A stretch of DNA of 64,000 bases from Trichoplax adhaerens (lineage: Eukaryota > Animalia > Placozoa), in NCBI RefSeq assembly GCF_000150275.1, contig NW_002060947.1, positions 5,902,286-5,966,285 on the forward strand, given 5' to 3'. Positions 56,079 through 64,000 of this stretch are shown here, piece by piece. The translations under genes and the position numbers were made by a program. Below the pieces are notes generated by a model. The model saw nothing but the letters and a program-made list of their open reading frames with translations. It did no database searches and was not told the DNA's origin. Position 1 is the stretch's first letter. Each line of letters opens with the position of its first letter.

Positions 56079-56655
56079 TTGTTATCGCTGGTTCTATTCT
56101 GAATTGAGCCGATTGAATCTGTTCATTCTATGACGTGAAATTGACAATTGCCAAACAGCGAATAGGAAGCTACAGATCTTGATATTGAAGACAAGAATCA
56201 AGAACCAATTCTTAAATCGAAGAATATTAAGAACTTTACTCTATTGAACTAATAATATCAAATTCCAGATAGCAAATAAATCAATTAATTAATTTTATTG
56301 GATGAACGTCAAGTCATTGATAATTATCAGTTACGATCGATATTATAAACGTATCATTTTGATATAAGTGATCATATGCGCACAACTAACGATCAAACTA
56401 AATTATGCTGGCCAAATTATTAATGAAATGACGTGATTTACCATAGCTACAGTTAAGTCAAGAGATATCTTTCAATCTTAACTGTGCTTAAAATTGAAAA
56501 CCAGCATTATATCATTTATGTACAGATACAAGCCAAACATTTGTGTAGAAAACTAGCAATTATCAAAATAATTAGTTGAAGTTTGTGTTTTACGAACACG
56601 TTTTATTTTGGATTAAAATTTAGAAAAAACATAATCATGAGTTTAGGACACCAAA

Positions 56656-63355
<6,700 letters not shown>

Positions 63356-63597
63356 TTTACTTCCAATTTATCTAGAAGAATACTCAGGCTTTAGCGAAGT
63401 GATTTTTGCTTCAAAATTTTAAAGCTGCTAAAATATGCAATAGAGATGAAGTAAGCTATAGACTATGAACAGATTGAATACAACAGTATTGCACTAGCCT
63501 ACTAAAAGTGGAGATGGTCATAACCGCTGTTTAATATCACATTGGTCAACTCTATGCGGTCAGGCAAATGGGGAGGTGCTTGTATCAAAGACGGCTA

Positions 63598-63735
63598 AGG
63601 AGGTGGGATAGGAGGTGGGATAGAAGGTAGGATAAGGTAGAATAGAAGGTTGGATAGAAGGTTGGATAGAAGGTGGGATAGAAGATGGGATAGAAGGTGG
63701 GATAGAAGGTGGGATAGAAGGTGGGATAGGAGGTG
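63598..63735. repeat. 12-bp purine-rich minisatellite (GGATAGAAGGTG)n, about 11 units
   Basis: Directly visible; produces the spurious FYPT/LLSH repeat ORFs on the minus strand. Confidence 0.93.
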
Positions 63736-64000
63736 TTTACAAAGTTTGCAAAATGAAATAATAACAAATAAATAGCCTAAAATCACCTACAGCAAGTATT
63801 AATATTTATTTATTGTCTTTGTTTATAGAAAGCTTTTGTCTGATTCTAGGTCACGATCATCCTCTAAGATACGCCAGAAATTGAGAAAGAGTTTATTATA
63901 TTCTACTGGAAGCCATCATTGAACTATAACTGAAGCAAATATAAATTAGTACTCTACTAAAGCTTTTATAACATCTATCATATCCTTGACCTGTAGGCTG

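Noticed and set aside
63585-63786. ORFs with FYPT / LLSH repeats
   Set aside because: Translation artefacts of the 12-bp minisatellite.

Overview
AT-rich, compact, intron-rich eukaryotic genomic DNA. Short GT-AG introns and the gene content suggest an early-branching animal, most likely a placozoan such as Trichoplax (inference from composition, not verified). From left to right: two intronless synaptobrevin/VAMP-like R-SNARE genes (+); GTF2H1/TFIIH p62 (-); importin-alpha, KPNA2-like (-); a pentamer palindrome, an 86-bp hairpin-forming satellite and an inverted repeat; the ciliary central-pair gene SPAG17 (-); and a head-to-tail cluster of three membrane-anchored, single-module GH31 alpha-glucosidases resembling one half of sucrase-isomaltase/maltase-glucoamylase (-). 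Most notable: a U12-type AT-AC intron in SPAG17, an R-SNARE with Asn at the zero layer plus a cysteine cluster, the diverging GH31 triad (trefoil loss and intron loss in one copy), an RFX X-box plus forkhead site upstream of SPAG17, an in-exon frame break in SPAG17, and a structured satellite. Exon boundaries were read by eye and may be off by a few bases. Homology calls rest on recalled family sequences, not database searches.
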